Both the position numbers and the translations under genes were made by a program. The notes beneath the pieces were generated by a model. That model saw only the letters and a program-made list of their open reading frames with translations, searched no databases and was not told the DNA's origin. This document shows, piece after piece, positions 35,438 to 42,759 of a stretch of 64,000 nt of DNA (positions are counted from its first letter, which is position 1; every line of letters begins with the position of its first letter). The DNA is taken from assembly GCA_963691765.1 (NCBI GenBank), contig OY829375.1; one strand, 5' to 3'. This DNA comes from Ekhidna sp. (GTDB lineage Bacteria > Bacteroidota > Bacteroidia > Cytophagales > Cyclobacteriaceae).

Positions 35438-37669
35438 CTATTTTTTGAATTGATAATTAATGGTTAGAAAATAGGAGCGCCCAAATCCAACCGGTATGTT
35501 GCTTCCAGCAGTATGTGGTCCTCCTGTCGATCCTGTAGCGTTTAGTGTTGTCACATTAAGTATGTTTCGAGCACCAATTCCAATGCGAATCGATTTGATA
35601 AATGTTTTGGAAAGATTTAGATCTAGTGTATGATAAGATTCCTGACTAGCCAACCTCGGTTCGCCTTCTACCAGGCTATATTGTCTGAATGATCCATTGA
35701 ACTTATAAAAGGCCGAAAGAGACAAATTAATAGATGACCATCTATAACTAGCTCTACTCATTATTTCAGGCGTGAATACATATTCTGGTACTCCTGTTTC
35801 ATCTCTAAGATTTTGCAATCTTCCGACGTAAGAGAATCCAACTGAATTTGTAAATCGACCTTGCTCATATGAAGCCTGAATGTTACCTCCGAGGGTGTTC
35901 ATTTTGGTGAGGTTAGTATAGGTTGTAGGCTCATTACCAATCGGCACAAGAATGGTTATCCCATTATTGATATTGTTATAGAAGGAGAGCAATTGAAAAC
36001 TAAGAGGAATGGAATTCAACTGATGAGAAATATTGAAAGTGAAGTTGTGAGAATCCTCAGGTTTTAGATCAGGATTGCCAATCAGATTATGATTGCTATC
36101 GACAAATTCATGGAATAATTCGCGGATGGATGGAGCTCTATATCCTCTACCATAGCTCCAACGCAAATTTGTATTGCCTCCAAGTTTATACGCAAAGTTG
36201 ACAGAAGCAGTAGGAATGCTTTCGAATAAACTGTTATATGAATACCTAATTCCTGGTCTGACTTTTAGGTCGTTAAAAATCAGCTCAGCCGATGCGAAAA
36301 TCGCCAGGTCGGTCAAGTGTTTATCTCCATCATTAAGTGTACTACCACCGGATGTTTCTCGAGTAGACTCAACACCAACCTGAAAGCTTCCAGACTTTTT
36401 AGAAATCAGATTAATTGTATTCCTGGAGAAAAAGGATCGGTAATAGATCGTGTCATTTCCTGATGTGATTGGAATTTCAACTCCCGATAACGGGAAATTT
36501 CTAAAATTTGATGAAAGTCGCTCATAATCTGTGTAGGAGAAAACACTATTGATCGTGGTGAAATCAGAGACTCTCCAAAGACTCTGAATTTGATGAAAAT
36601 ATCGATCAGCATTGTACTGTTCATCAAATTTATAAGGCTCCCCTCCATTAGCAGGAACTATTAAATCACCAAAATTTGTGATACGCTCATCAAGGATATC
36701 TAACCGATAATACAACTCCCATCTATCAGTTTCATATCTTGTGAGCCATCCTCCAAACCACTGTTCTTTAGGATGCCAATCAAACTCGCCAGGCTGATTA
36801 ATAAGGGCTTCGTTGATCCACCCACCAAATCGATAGTACCTTCCCGTCAATTGAGTAAACCATCGATCAGAAATTTTATACGAAGTATTTATTGATGGGC
36901 TATGAATTCCTTGATCAAAGAATGAATATTCACTTCCCGCGGTTTCTGTTTGAATATTAACTGATACTTCAAGCTGCGCGTCAATATCTTTCTTAGTTAT
37001 GATGTTAATTACACCTGCTAGTGCATCAGATCCATAGCTCACAGCCATTGGTCCTTGAACAATCTCGATTCGCTCTATGCTTTGAACATCAAATTGTGCA
37101 AGATCAATATCGTTGCGAACGCCACCCTTTCCCACAGCCGGGATTCCATCAATTAATACTTTAACATATTGTCCTCTTAGTCCCTGCAATGATATTTCTG
37201 ATCTACCTGTGGCGTTATCTCGATCTATTTTTACATTTAACTCATTGGATAAAATATCATGAAGTGAATTTGCATTTTGAGAAGCTATTCGATCGGAGGT
37301 AATGGTCTGCACTTTATAAACAGAGTTTCTCGCAGACTGTGGATTAAATTGACCAGTTACAACTATATCATCAAGATAAGTTGATGATGGTTTCATTATA
37401 ACAATTTGGCCTGATTTTGAAATGGTAGTTGTTAAGGTCTCGAATCCCAAAAAGCGTATTTCTACATCAAAAGGTATTTCTATTGCAGTCGAGAACTCCC
37501 CATTAATATCAGATACCAATTTATCTGTTGCACCATCACTGCCAGTCACAATTGCCGTAGCACCAACAAGTGATTCAAATGAATCACTAACCCTTACCTT
37601 GAAAGTGCTTTGGGCAACTGTGACAGCAGATATGCAAACGAATAGAAGGGAATAGATCTTTTTCATCAT
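35438..37669 (-). CDS. TonB-dependent receptor with N-terminal carboxypeptidase-regulatory-like domain
   Basis: 743 aa with signal peptide MMKKIYSLLFVCISAVTVAQ, a plug (DDIVVTGQ..., ISLQGLRGQYVKVLIDGIP) and a barrel. Confidence 0.9.
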   Translation of the reverse strand: MMKKIYSLLFVCISAVTVAQSTFKVRVSDSFESLVGATAIVTGSDGATDKLVSDINGEFSTAIEIPFDVEIRFLGFETLTTTISKSGQIVIMKPSSTYLDDIVVTGQFNPQSARNSVYKVQTITSDRIASQNANSLHDILSNELNVKIDRDNATGRSEISLQGLRGQYVKVLIDGIPAVGKGGVRNDIDLAQFDVQSIERIEIVQGPMAVSYGSDALAGVINIITKKDIDAQLEVSVNIQTETAGSEYSFFDQGIHSPSINTSYKISDRWFTQLTGRYYRFGGWINEALINQPGEFDWHPKEQWFGGWLTRYETDRWELYYRLDILDERITNFGDLIVPANGGEPYKFDEQYNADRYFHQIQSLWRVSDFTTINSVFSYTDYERLSSNFRNFPLSGVEIPITSGNDTIYYRSFFSRNTINLISKKSGSFQVGVESTRETSGGSTLNDGDKHLTDLAIFASAELIFNDLKVRPGIRYSYNSLFESIPTASVNFAYKLGGNTNLRWSYGRGYRAPSIRELFHEFVDSNHNLIGNPDLKPEDSHNFTFNISHQLNSIPLSFQLLSFYNNINNGITILVPIGNEPTTYTNLTKMNTLGGNIQASYEQGRFTNSVGFSYVGRLQNLRDETGVPEYVFTPEIMSRASYRWSSINLSLSAFYKFNGSFRQYSLVEGEPRLASQESYHTLDLNLSKTFIKSIRIGIGARNILNVTTLNATGSTGGPHTAGSNIPVGFGRSYFLTINYQFKK

Positions 37670-37670
37670 T

Positions 37671-37689
37671 ATTTAGAATGATTCTAAAC
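37671..37689. promoter_or_regulatory. operator S4: ATTTAGAATGATTCTAAAC
   Basis: It begins 2 nt upstream of the TBDR ATG (37669). A -7-like CAATTTTG (37694-37701) ends 4 nt before it. The 30 nt at 37672-37701 are identical to 32996-33025. Confidence 0.6.
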
Positions 37690-37843
37690 AATGCAAAATT
37701 GGATTCGAAAAGTATCCGCGTCAATCGCTAATGATGGTGAAAAATGAATCACTAGTAATGGCTAACTATTAGCTATTACTCGCTATTCAAAATGACTATA
37801 AATCGTGATTGAATTGCTGATCTAGAGTAGTCATATTTGTCTT

Positions 37844-37862
37844 ATTTAGAATCATTCTTAAT
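37844..37862. promoter_or_regulatory. operator S5: ATTTAGAATCATTCTTAAT (1 mismatch; extends to a 12-1-12 near-palindrome CTTATTTAGAAT-C-ATTCTTAATAAG)
   Basis: A -7-like CATATTTG (37832-37839, plus strand) ends 4 nt before it. It is upstream of the 108-aa ORF. Confidence 0.55.
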
Positions 37863-37949
37863 AAGATTTTAAGTCCTGTGCTTGATGGAACGTCTAAAAA
37901 ACAACTTTCTGATCAAGTGCAGGCACTATTTATATTAAATACAACATCG

Positions 37950-38276
37950 ATGTGTATAAAAAATGACCACATAGTACTAGCCCAGTCAGACATCGCCCAA
38001 ATAAGTTGGTGCAAAGGGTGCCGCAATTATTCGTTTATTTATAACAATTGCTGCTTTTCGTTTGATGATCGAGAATTATCCGTATTCATAAATATGCTCC
38101 GTCACCTAACCAAAAAAGACTATCATTTCGATTTTCTAGGAAAGCACTGCACAATTATTAAAAATCATAACGCACAAGTTGGCTTGTGCTTTACCGAAAC
38201 CGATACTCAAGAAATCTTAAACATCCTTGAAGAAGCTACTACTATGAAAGAAGTTTTCGGGATAATTTATAACTAA
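37950..38276 (+). CDS. hypothetical protein (108 aa) with CxxC-x9-CC motif, candidate paralog of 25631..25966
   Basis: The track start is GTG at 37878 and the first ATG is at 37950 (MCIKNDHIVLAQSDIAQISWCKGCRNYSFIYNNCCFSFDDREL...). Confidence 0.5.
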   Translation: MCIKNDHIVLAQSDIAQISWCKGCRNYSFIYNNCCFSFDDRELSVFINMLRHLTKKDYHFDFLGKHCTIIKNHNAQVGLCFTETDTQEILNILEEATTMKEVFGIIYN

Positions 38277-38283
38277 TACTACT

Positions 38284-38448
38284 ATGTCTTCACCTAACGA
38301 TTTCGACAACTTCTTTAACAATCTCATGCGAAAGATCGAGAAAAATCCATCCGAGCAATACCGAATAATCATGAGTGAGCTGCGCAATACATCTTGTCCA
38401 TACATAAGAAGGAAGATCAAAAATATCTATCTAGATCAAAATAATTGA
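38284..38448 (+). CDS. small hypothetical protein (54 aa), uncertain
   Basis: ATG ORF below the track cutoff, 8 nt after the previous stop: MSSPNDFDNFFNNLMRKIEKNPSEQYRIIMSELRNTSCPYIRRKIKNIYLDQNN. Confidence 0.3.
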   Translation: MSSPNDFDNFFNNLMRKIEKNPSEQYRIIMSELRNTSCPYIRRKIKNIYLDQNN

Positions 38449-38568
38449 CGAATACTTTCAAACTATCTATATAAAGAAACTTCAAGTGAGCCCCGAATCA
38501 GTGAAAGCACTAGTAGCTATTTTCGATGCTTTTGAGGTTATTTACAACTAAATCTTAAATCCTTAAAT

Positions 38569-38955
38569 ATGTCTCTCGATCAGCGAATTGATAAATCAGA
38601 AACCAGAATCTTCAAAGCGGTATTTCCAAACACTACCAATCACTACGATACATTATTTGGAGGTACCGCTATGCATGCGATGGATGAGGTAGCTTTTATA
38701 ACCGCCACACGTTTTAGCCGTCAGCGAATGGTTACTGTAAGCAGTAGCAAAATTGATTTTAAAAAACCGATACCAGCAGGAACAATCGTAGAGTTGATTG
38801 GACGAGTAACGCACGTTGGGAATACTAGCTTGAAAGTGTCCGTTCAGATCTACATCGAAGAAATGTATTCCGAAAAAAGAGAGCAGGCAATAGAAGGAGA
38901 ATTTTCGTTTGTCGCGATTGATGAAAATAGACAACCAACAGCAATTCCTAAGTAA
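38569..38955 (+). CDS. hotdog-fold acyl-CoA thioesterase (YciA-like)
   Basis: 128 aa with the block FPNTTNHYDTLFGGTAMHAMDEVAFITATRFSRQRMVTVSS typical of acyl-CoA thioesterases. Confidence 0.85.
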   Translation: MSLDQRIDKSETRIFKAVFPNTTNHYDTLFGGTAMHAMDEVAFITATRFSRQRMVTVSSSKIDFKKPIPAGTIVELIGRVTHVGNTSLKVSVQIYIEEMYSEKREQAIEGEFSFVAIDENRQPTAIPK

Positions 38956-38956
38956 G

Positions 38957-39589
38957 CTAGTTTCTTACCAATCCAGTTTCCAATGCATAAACGATAAGTT
39001 CTGCAGGAGAACTTAGGTTAAGTTTCTTCAAGATGTTCTTTCTGTGAGAATTAATGGTATGAACGCTAAGATGCAATTCATCTGCAATCTGAGCAGTGGT
39101 CATACCTTTTGTAATCAATTCCAAAACCTCGAATTCTCTTGAAGATAAGTTGGTAGGCTCGCAATCATCTTTTTCTTCAGGATTGTCCACCACCAAGTCT
39201 AAAATGTTGTTGCAAAAAAATCGATTGCCTTGCGCGACAGCTCTCAATCCACTTACAATTTCTTCTTCACTACAATTCTTGGTCAATATACCCTTTATGC
39301 CCATTGCAAGCATCTGCTGAATAGAATCTCTGGTTTGACTATTTGAAATCACAAGAAAGCTGGCTGTCAATGATTCTTTCAGCTCCCTAAGTTTTGGTAC
39401 TAGTTCACGATCCTTATCTGAAATATCAATTACAATCATTTGAGGATCGGTAGCAGAAGCTAATTCAACTAATTGTTCTGGTGAATCAATCACTTTGACC
39501 AGCTCAAAACCAGGCATAGCCTTTATTAGAGAAGAAATCCCTTGTCGAGTCAAATATTGAAAATCAGCTAAGAGAACTGAAGTGGCCAA
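38957..39589 (-). CDS. orphan NarL/FixJ (LuxR-type HTH) response regulator
   Basis: 210 aa with a TTG start (no in-frame ATG; a stop lies immediately upstream). The receiver has VLLADFQ (first acidic pair reduced to AD), IVIDIS (phospho-Asp position), FLVISNS and GILTK. The C-terminus is a GerE-type HTH (LSSREFEVLELITKGMTTAQIADELHLSVHTINSHRKNILKKL). No kinase gene is adjacent. Confidence 0.85.
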   Translation of the reverse strand: MATSVLLADFQYLTRQGISSLIKAMPGFELVKVIDSPEQLVELASATDPQMIVIDISDKDRELVPKLRELKESLTASFLVISNSQTRDSIQQMLAMGIKGILTKNCSEEEIVSGLRAVAQGNRFFCNNILDLVVDNPEEKDDCEPTNLSSREFEVLELITKGMTTAQIADELHLSVHTINSHRKNILKKLNLSSPAELIVYALETGLVRN

Positions 39590-39599
39590 TTAAGTATTT

Positions 39600-39625
39600 A
39601 TTTAGAATGATTCTAAACAAAGGTA
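39600..39625 (-). promoter_or_regulatory. operator S6 ATTTAGAATGATTCTAAAC (39600-39618) abutting a perfect -7 box TACCTTTG (39618-39625)
   Basis: The palindrome ends 10 nt upstream of the response-regulator TTG start. The -7 box overlaps its distal end by 1 nt. Confidence 0.6.
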
Positions 39626-39689
39626 TGTTGCATTCTTCGATTAGACAAAAAACAGTGAATAATTGAAATCTAAAAGCAGTATCCATTGT

Positions 39690-39697
39690 TAGATTTG
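39690..39697 (+). promoter_or_regulatory. -7 promoter box TAGATTTG for fumC
   Basis: Perfect TAnnTTTG, 18 nt upstream of the ATG at 39716. Confidence 0.45.
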
Positions 39698-39715
39698 CAG
39701 AAAAAAAATCCTAAA

Positions 39716-41119
39716 ATGGAATATAGAATAGAACATGATACCATGGGTGAGGTAAAAGTACCTGCCGAAAAATATTGGGGTGCGCAAACGCAACGTTCCA
39801 GAGACAACTTCAAAATTGGCGGTGAGAAAAACCAAATGCCAATGGAAATTATCCAAGCCTTTGCGATTCTTAAGAAGTCAGCTGCTGAAACTAATATGGA
39901 TCTTGGTGTTCTATCTAAAGAAAAATCAGATCTGATTGGGAAAGTATGCGATGAAATTCTTGAAGGCAAACTTGATGATCAGTTCCCACTGGTAGTATGG
40001 CAGACTGGATCAGGTACACAATCCAATATGAATTCTAACGAGGTGATTGCAAACCGTGCTCACGTACTTAATGGCGGATCACTATCAGATGACAGCAAGA
40101 TCATTCATCCAAATGACGATGTAAATAAGAGTCAAAGTTCAAACGACACCTTCCCTACAGCTATGCACATTGCAAGCTATAAGATGGTTGTTGAGAATAC
40201 AATCCCTAAAGTGAAGAAGCTAAGGGATACACTTCATCAAAAAGCATCCTCATTCACCAATGTGGTTAAAATTGGAAGAACACACTTTATGGATGCTACT
40301 CCATTAAGCCTAGGCCAGGAATTTTCTGGTTATGTTTCTCAGCTGGATCATGGATTAAAAGCATTGAACAATACGCTTGATCATCTTTCCGAACTAGCTC
40401 TTGGAGGAACAGCCGTTGGAACCGGACTAAATACGCCAGAAGGTTATGCTGAAAAGGTTGCTGAGAAAATTGCCAAATACTCAGGTATGCCAATGAGATC
40501 AGCTGAAAATAAATTTGAAGCTTTGGCCGCTCATGATGCAATCGTGGAAACCCATGGTGCTCTCAAGCAGCTAGCAGTCAGCCTCATGAAAATTGGCAAC
40601 GACGTTCGAATGCTTTGCTCTGGACCAAGAAGTGGAATTGGCGAAATTGTAATTCCAGAAAATGAACCTGGATCTTCAATTATGCCTGGAAAAGTGAATC
40701 CGACACAATGTGAAGCATTGACTATGGTTTGCGCACAAGTAATTGGAAATGATGTTGCAATTTCAGCAGGAGGCATGACAGGTCATTTTGAATTGAATGT
40801 ATTTAAGCCAATGATGGTTTTCAATTTGCTTAATTCAGCACGTTTGATTGGTGATGCATGCGAATCTTTCAATGACAATTGTGCTATCGGAATTGAACCA
40901 AATCATGCTGTAATCAAGGAAAAATTAGAAAATTCGTTAATGCTGGTTACGGCATTAAATACACATATTGGATATGAAAATGCTGCTAAAATTGCTAAAA
41001 AGGCACACAAAGAAGGCACAACACTAAGAAAAGCAGCTATCGAATTAGGACTTGTTACGGATGAACAGTTCACTGAATGGGTTAGACCAGAAGATATGAT
41101 AGGATCGCTAAAAAGTTGA
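39716..41119 (+). CDS. fumC: class II fumarate hydratase
   Basis: The track start is TTG at 39686. The ATG at 39716 gives [28 protein letters not shown]. The signature [15 protein letters not shown] is present. Confidence 0.95.
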   Translation: MEYRIEHDTMGEVKVPAEKYWGAQTQRSRDNFKIGGEKNQMPMEIIQAFAILKKSAAETNMDLGVLSKEKSDLIGKVCDEILEGKLDDQFPLVVWQTGSGTQSNMNSNEVIANRAHVLNGGSLSDDSKIIHPNDDVNKSQSSNDTFPTAMHIASYKMVVENTIPKVKKLRDTLHQKASSFTNVVKIGRTHFMDATPLSLGQEFSGYVSQLDHGLKALNNTLDHLSELALGGTAVGTGLNTPEGYAEKVAEKIAKYSGMPMRSAENKFEALAAHDAIVETHGALKQLAVSLMKIGNDVRMLCSGPRSGIGEIVIPENEPGSSIMPGKVNPTQCEALTMVCAQVIGNDVAISAGGMTGHFELNVFKPMMVFNLLNSARLIGDACESFNDNCAIGIEPNHAVIKEKLENSLMLVTALNTHIGYENAAKIAKKAHKEGTTLRKAAIELGLVTDEQFTEWVRPEDMIGSLKS

Positions 41120-41194
41120 TTCATTATCCATTATCAAGAGATTTTTGTACTTTAGTAACATTAAAATTGCGTAAAAAACCAATTTCACAGGAAG

Positions 41195-41806
41195 ATGAAA
41201 AAAACAATATCACTTATCGCACTGGCACTTTGCTGCGTTTTTGCATTTGAAGCTGATGCTCAAATGGATAAAAAAGAAGCTAAAGAGTGGAAGAAAAGGA
41301 TCAAGAAACTTGAGCCAGAGCAATACAAGCAGCTACTGGATGAAAACAAATCCTTGAAAGGACAGGTAACTAGTCTTAAGACTGAACTAGGAAACATTGA
41401 CGACAGAATCGCGGAAAAAGATCAGCAGATTCTTACATATCAATCTCAAGTTGGTGATTTAAGAGAAGAACTTTCAAGACTTCAAAATAGCAAACCAGCT
41501 GAAAACGTTGCTACAACAAATACTGGTGGCAGTATCGATGAAAATAGAGGCGTTGTATTTAAAGTTCAGCTTGGAGCATTCGCGAAGAAAGAAGATCTTT
41601 CTAAATACGATAATTCACCAAACTTCAGCGCTGAAAATAAAGATGGCCTACAAAAGTTTACTGTTGGCGTTTTTAAAGAATACAGAGATGCTGATACTTT
41701 CAAAAAATATTTGAGAGAAATGGGCGTTAAAGATGCTTGGGTAGTTTCTTATAAGGACGGAGCGAGAGTTCCAATGAAAGATGTTCTTGAAGGAATTATC
41801 AACTAG
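41195..41806 (+). CDS. SPOR-domain protein with coiled-coil linker
   Basis: 203 aa with a signal peptide, a coiled-coil region, and a C-terminal SPOR-like block VFKVQLGAFAKKEDL...FTVGVFKEYRDADTFKKYLREMGVKDAWVV. Confidence 0.7.
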   Translation: MKKTISLIALALCCVFAFEADAQMDKKEAKEWKKRIKKLEPEQYKQLLDENKSLKGQVTSLKTELGNIDDRIAEKDQQILTYQSQVGDLREELSRLQNSKPAENVATTNTGGSIDENRGVVFKVQLGAFAKKEDLSKYDNSPNFSAENKDGLQKFTVGVFKEYRDADTFKKYLREMGVKDAWVVSYKDGARVPMKDVLEGIIN

Positions 41807-41828
41807 TATTTATCAAAATACACGAATT

Positions 41829-41858
41829 AAAGGTCGGCTTTTACGCCGACCTTTTTTT
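41829..41858 (+). terminator. intrinsic terminator
   Basis: GGTCGGC-TTTTAC-GCCGACC is followed by a 7-T tract. Confidence 0.8.
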
Positions 41859-41860
41859 AT

Positions 41861-41886
41861 ATCAGCCAGTTTGATCAGCCAGTTTA
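41861..41886 (+). repeat. tandem 13-nt direct repeat ATCAGCCAGTTTG / ATCAGCCAGTTTA
   Basis: Two adjacent copies (12/13 identical) lie between the terminator and the map -7 box. Confidence 0.7.
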
Positions 41887-41914
41887 ACGAGAAACAAAAA
41901 AGGCTTTTAGTTAG

Positions 41915-41922
41915 TATTTTTG
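41915..41922 (+). promoter_or_regulatory. -7 promoter box TATTTTTG for map (near-leaderless)
   Basis: Perfect TAnnTTTG ending 7 nt before the ATG at 41930. Confidence 0.45.
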
Positions 41923-41929
41923 CACTCCA

Positions 41930-42721
41930 ATGATAAAGTATAAGACACCAGAAGAAATAGAAATCATGAGGGAAAGTGCCCTCATTGTTTCCAAGACTTT
42001 AGGAGTAATGGCAGAAAAAATTGAGCCTGGAATTACTCCCTTAGATTTGGATAAAATTGCTGATGAATTCATCAGAGATCATGGAGGTGTTCCGGCATTT
42101 CTGGGCTTATATGATTATCCTAAATCAATAATTACATCCGTAAATGAACAAGTTGTTCATGGGATTCCAACAGACAGACCTCTAGAAGAAGGAGATGTAG
42201 TTGGTGTAGATATTGGTGTCTTAAAAAATGAATATTACGGTGATCATGCATATACATTCCCTGTCGGGGAGATTAAAGATGATGTAAAGAAGCTGTTGCG
42301 AGTTACCAAAGAGTGTTTGGATAAAGGCATTGAGCAATTAGTCGCTGGAAATAGAATTGGTGACGTGAGCTTTGCTGTACAGCAGCATGCAGAGAACCAC
42401 GGTTATGGAGTCGTTCGCGAACTCGTTGGTCACGGTCTCGGAAGGAAAATGCATGAATCTCCAGAAGTTCCGAATTTTGGTAAAAGAGGAAGAGGGAGCA
42501 AAATTCAAGAAGGTTTAGTTGTAGCCATTGAGCCGATGATAAATATGGGGACTCGAAGAGTGATTCAACTGAATGATGGATGGACCATTGTTACGGCAGA
42601 TAAGAAACCATCAGCCCACTTTGAGCATGATGTCGCCGTGGTTAACGGTAAGCCAGAAGTGCTATCAACATTTAAATATGTGGAAGAGGCACTTGAAAAG
42701 AAGAATGCAGTTATTGTTTAA
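41930..42721 (+). CDS. map: type I methionine aminopeptidase
   Basis: 263 aa with MetAP blocks VVHGIP, GDVVGVDIG, HGLGRKMHE, VVAIEPM and FEHDV. Confidence 0.95.
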   Translation: MIKYKTPEEIEIMRESALIVSKTLGVMAEKIEPGITPLDLDKIADEFIRDHGGVPAFLGLYDYPKSIITSVNEQVVHGIPTDRPLEEGDVVGVDIGVLKNEYYGDHAYTFPVGEIKDDVKKLLRVTKECLDKGIEQLVAGNRIGDVSFAVQQHAENHGYGVVRELVGHGLGRKMHESPEVPNFGKRGRGSKIQEGLVVAIEPMINMGTRRVIQLNDGWTIVTADKKPSAHFEHDVAVVNGKPEVLSTFKYVEEALEKKNAVIV

Positions 42722-42759
42722 TACAAAAGCCGGATTGAAGGGTTAATCGCCTTGATGTA

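Noticed and set aside
26144-39618. Reading the 19-bp palindromes as RNA hairpins or riboswitch-like leaders that sequester the start codon
   Set aside because: With a minimal 3-nt loop the stem is only 7 A-U-rich base pairs, too weak to be a structural switch. The fixed position relative to -7 boxes and the presence of an upstream second copy (S2) fit a DNA operator better.
39670-39969. 99-aa minus-strand ORF and the TTG-extended fumC start at 39686
   Set aside because: The minus ORF is antisense to the highly conserved fumC 5' end. The TTG extension would start upstream of the perfect -7 box at 39690-39697.
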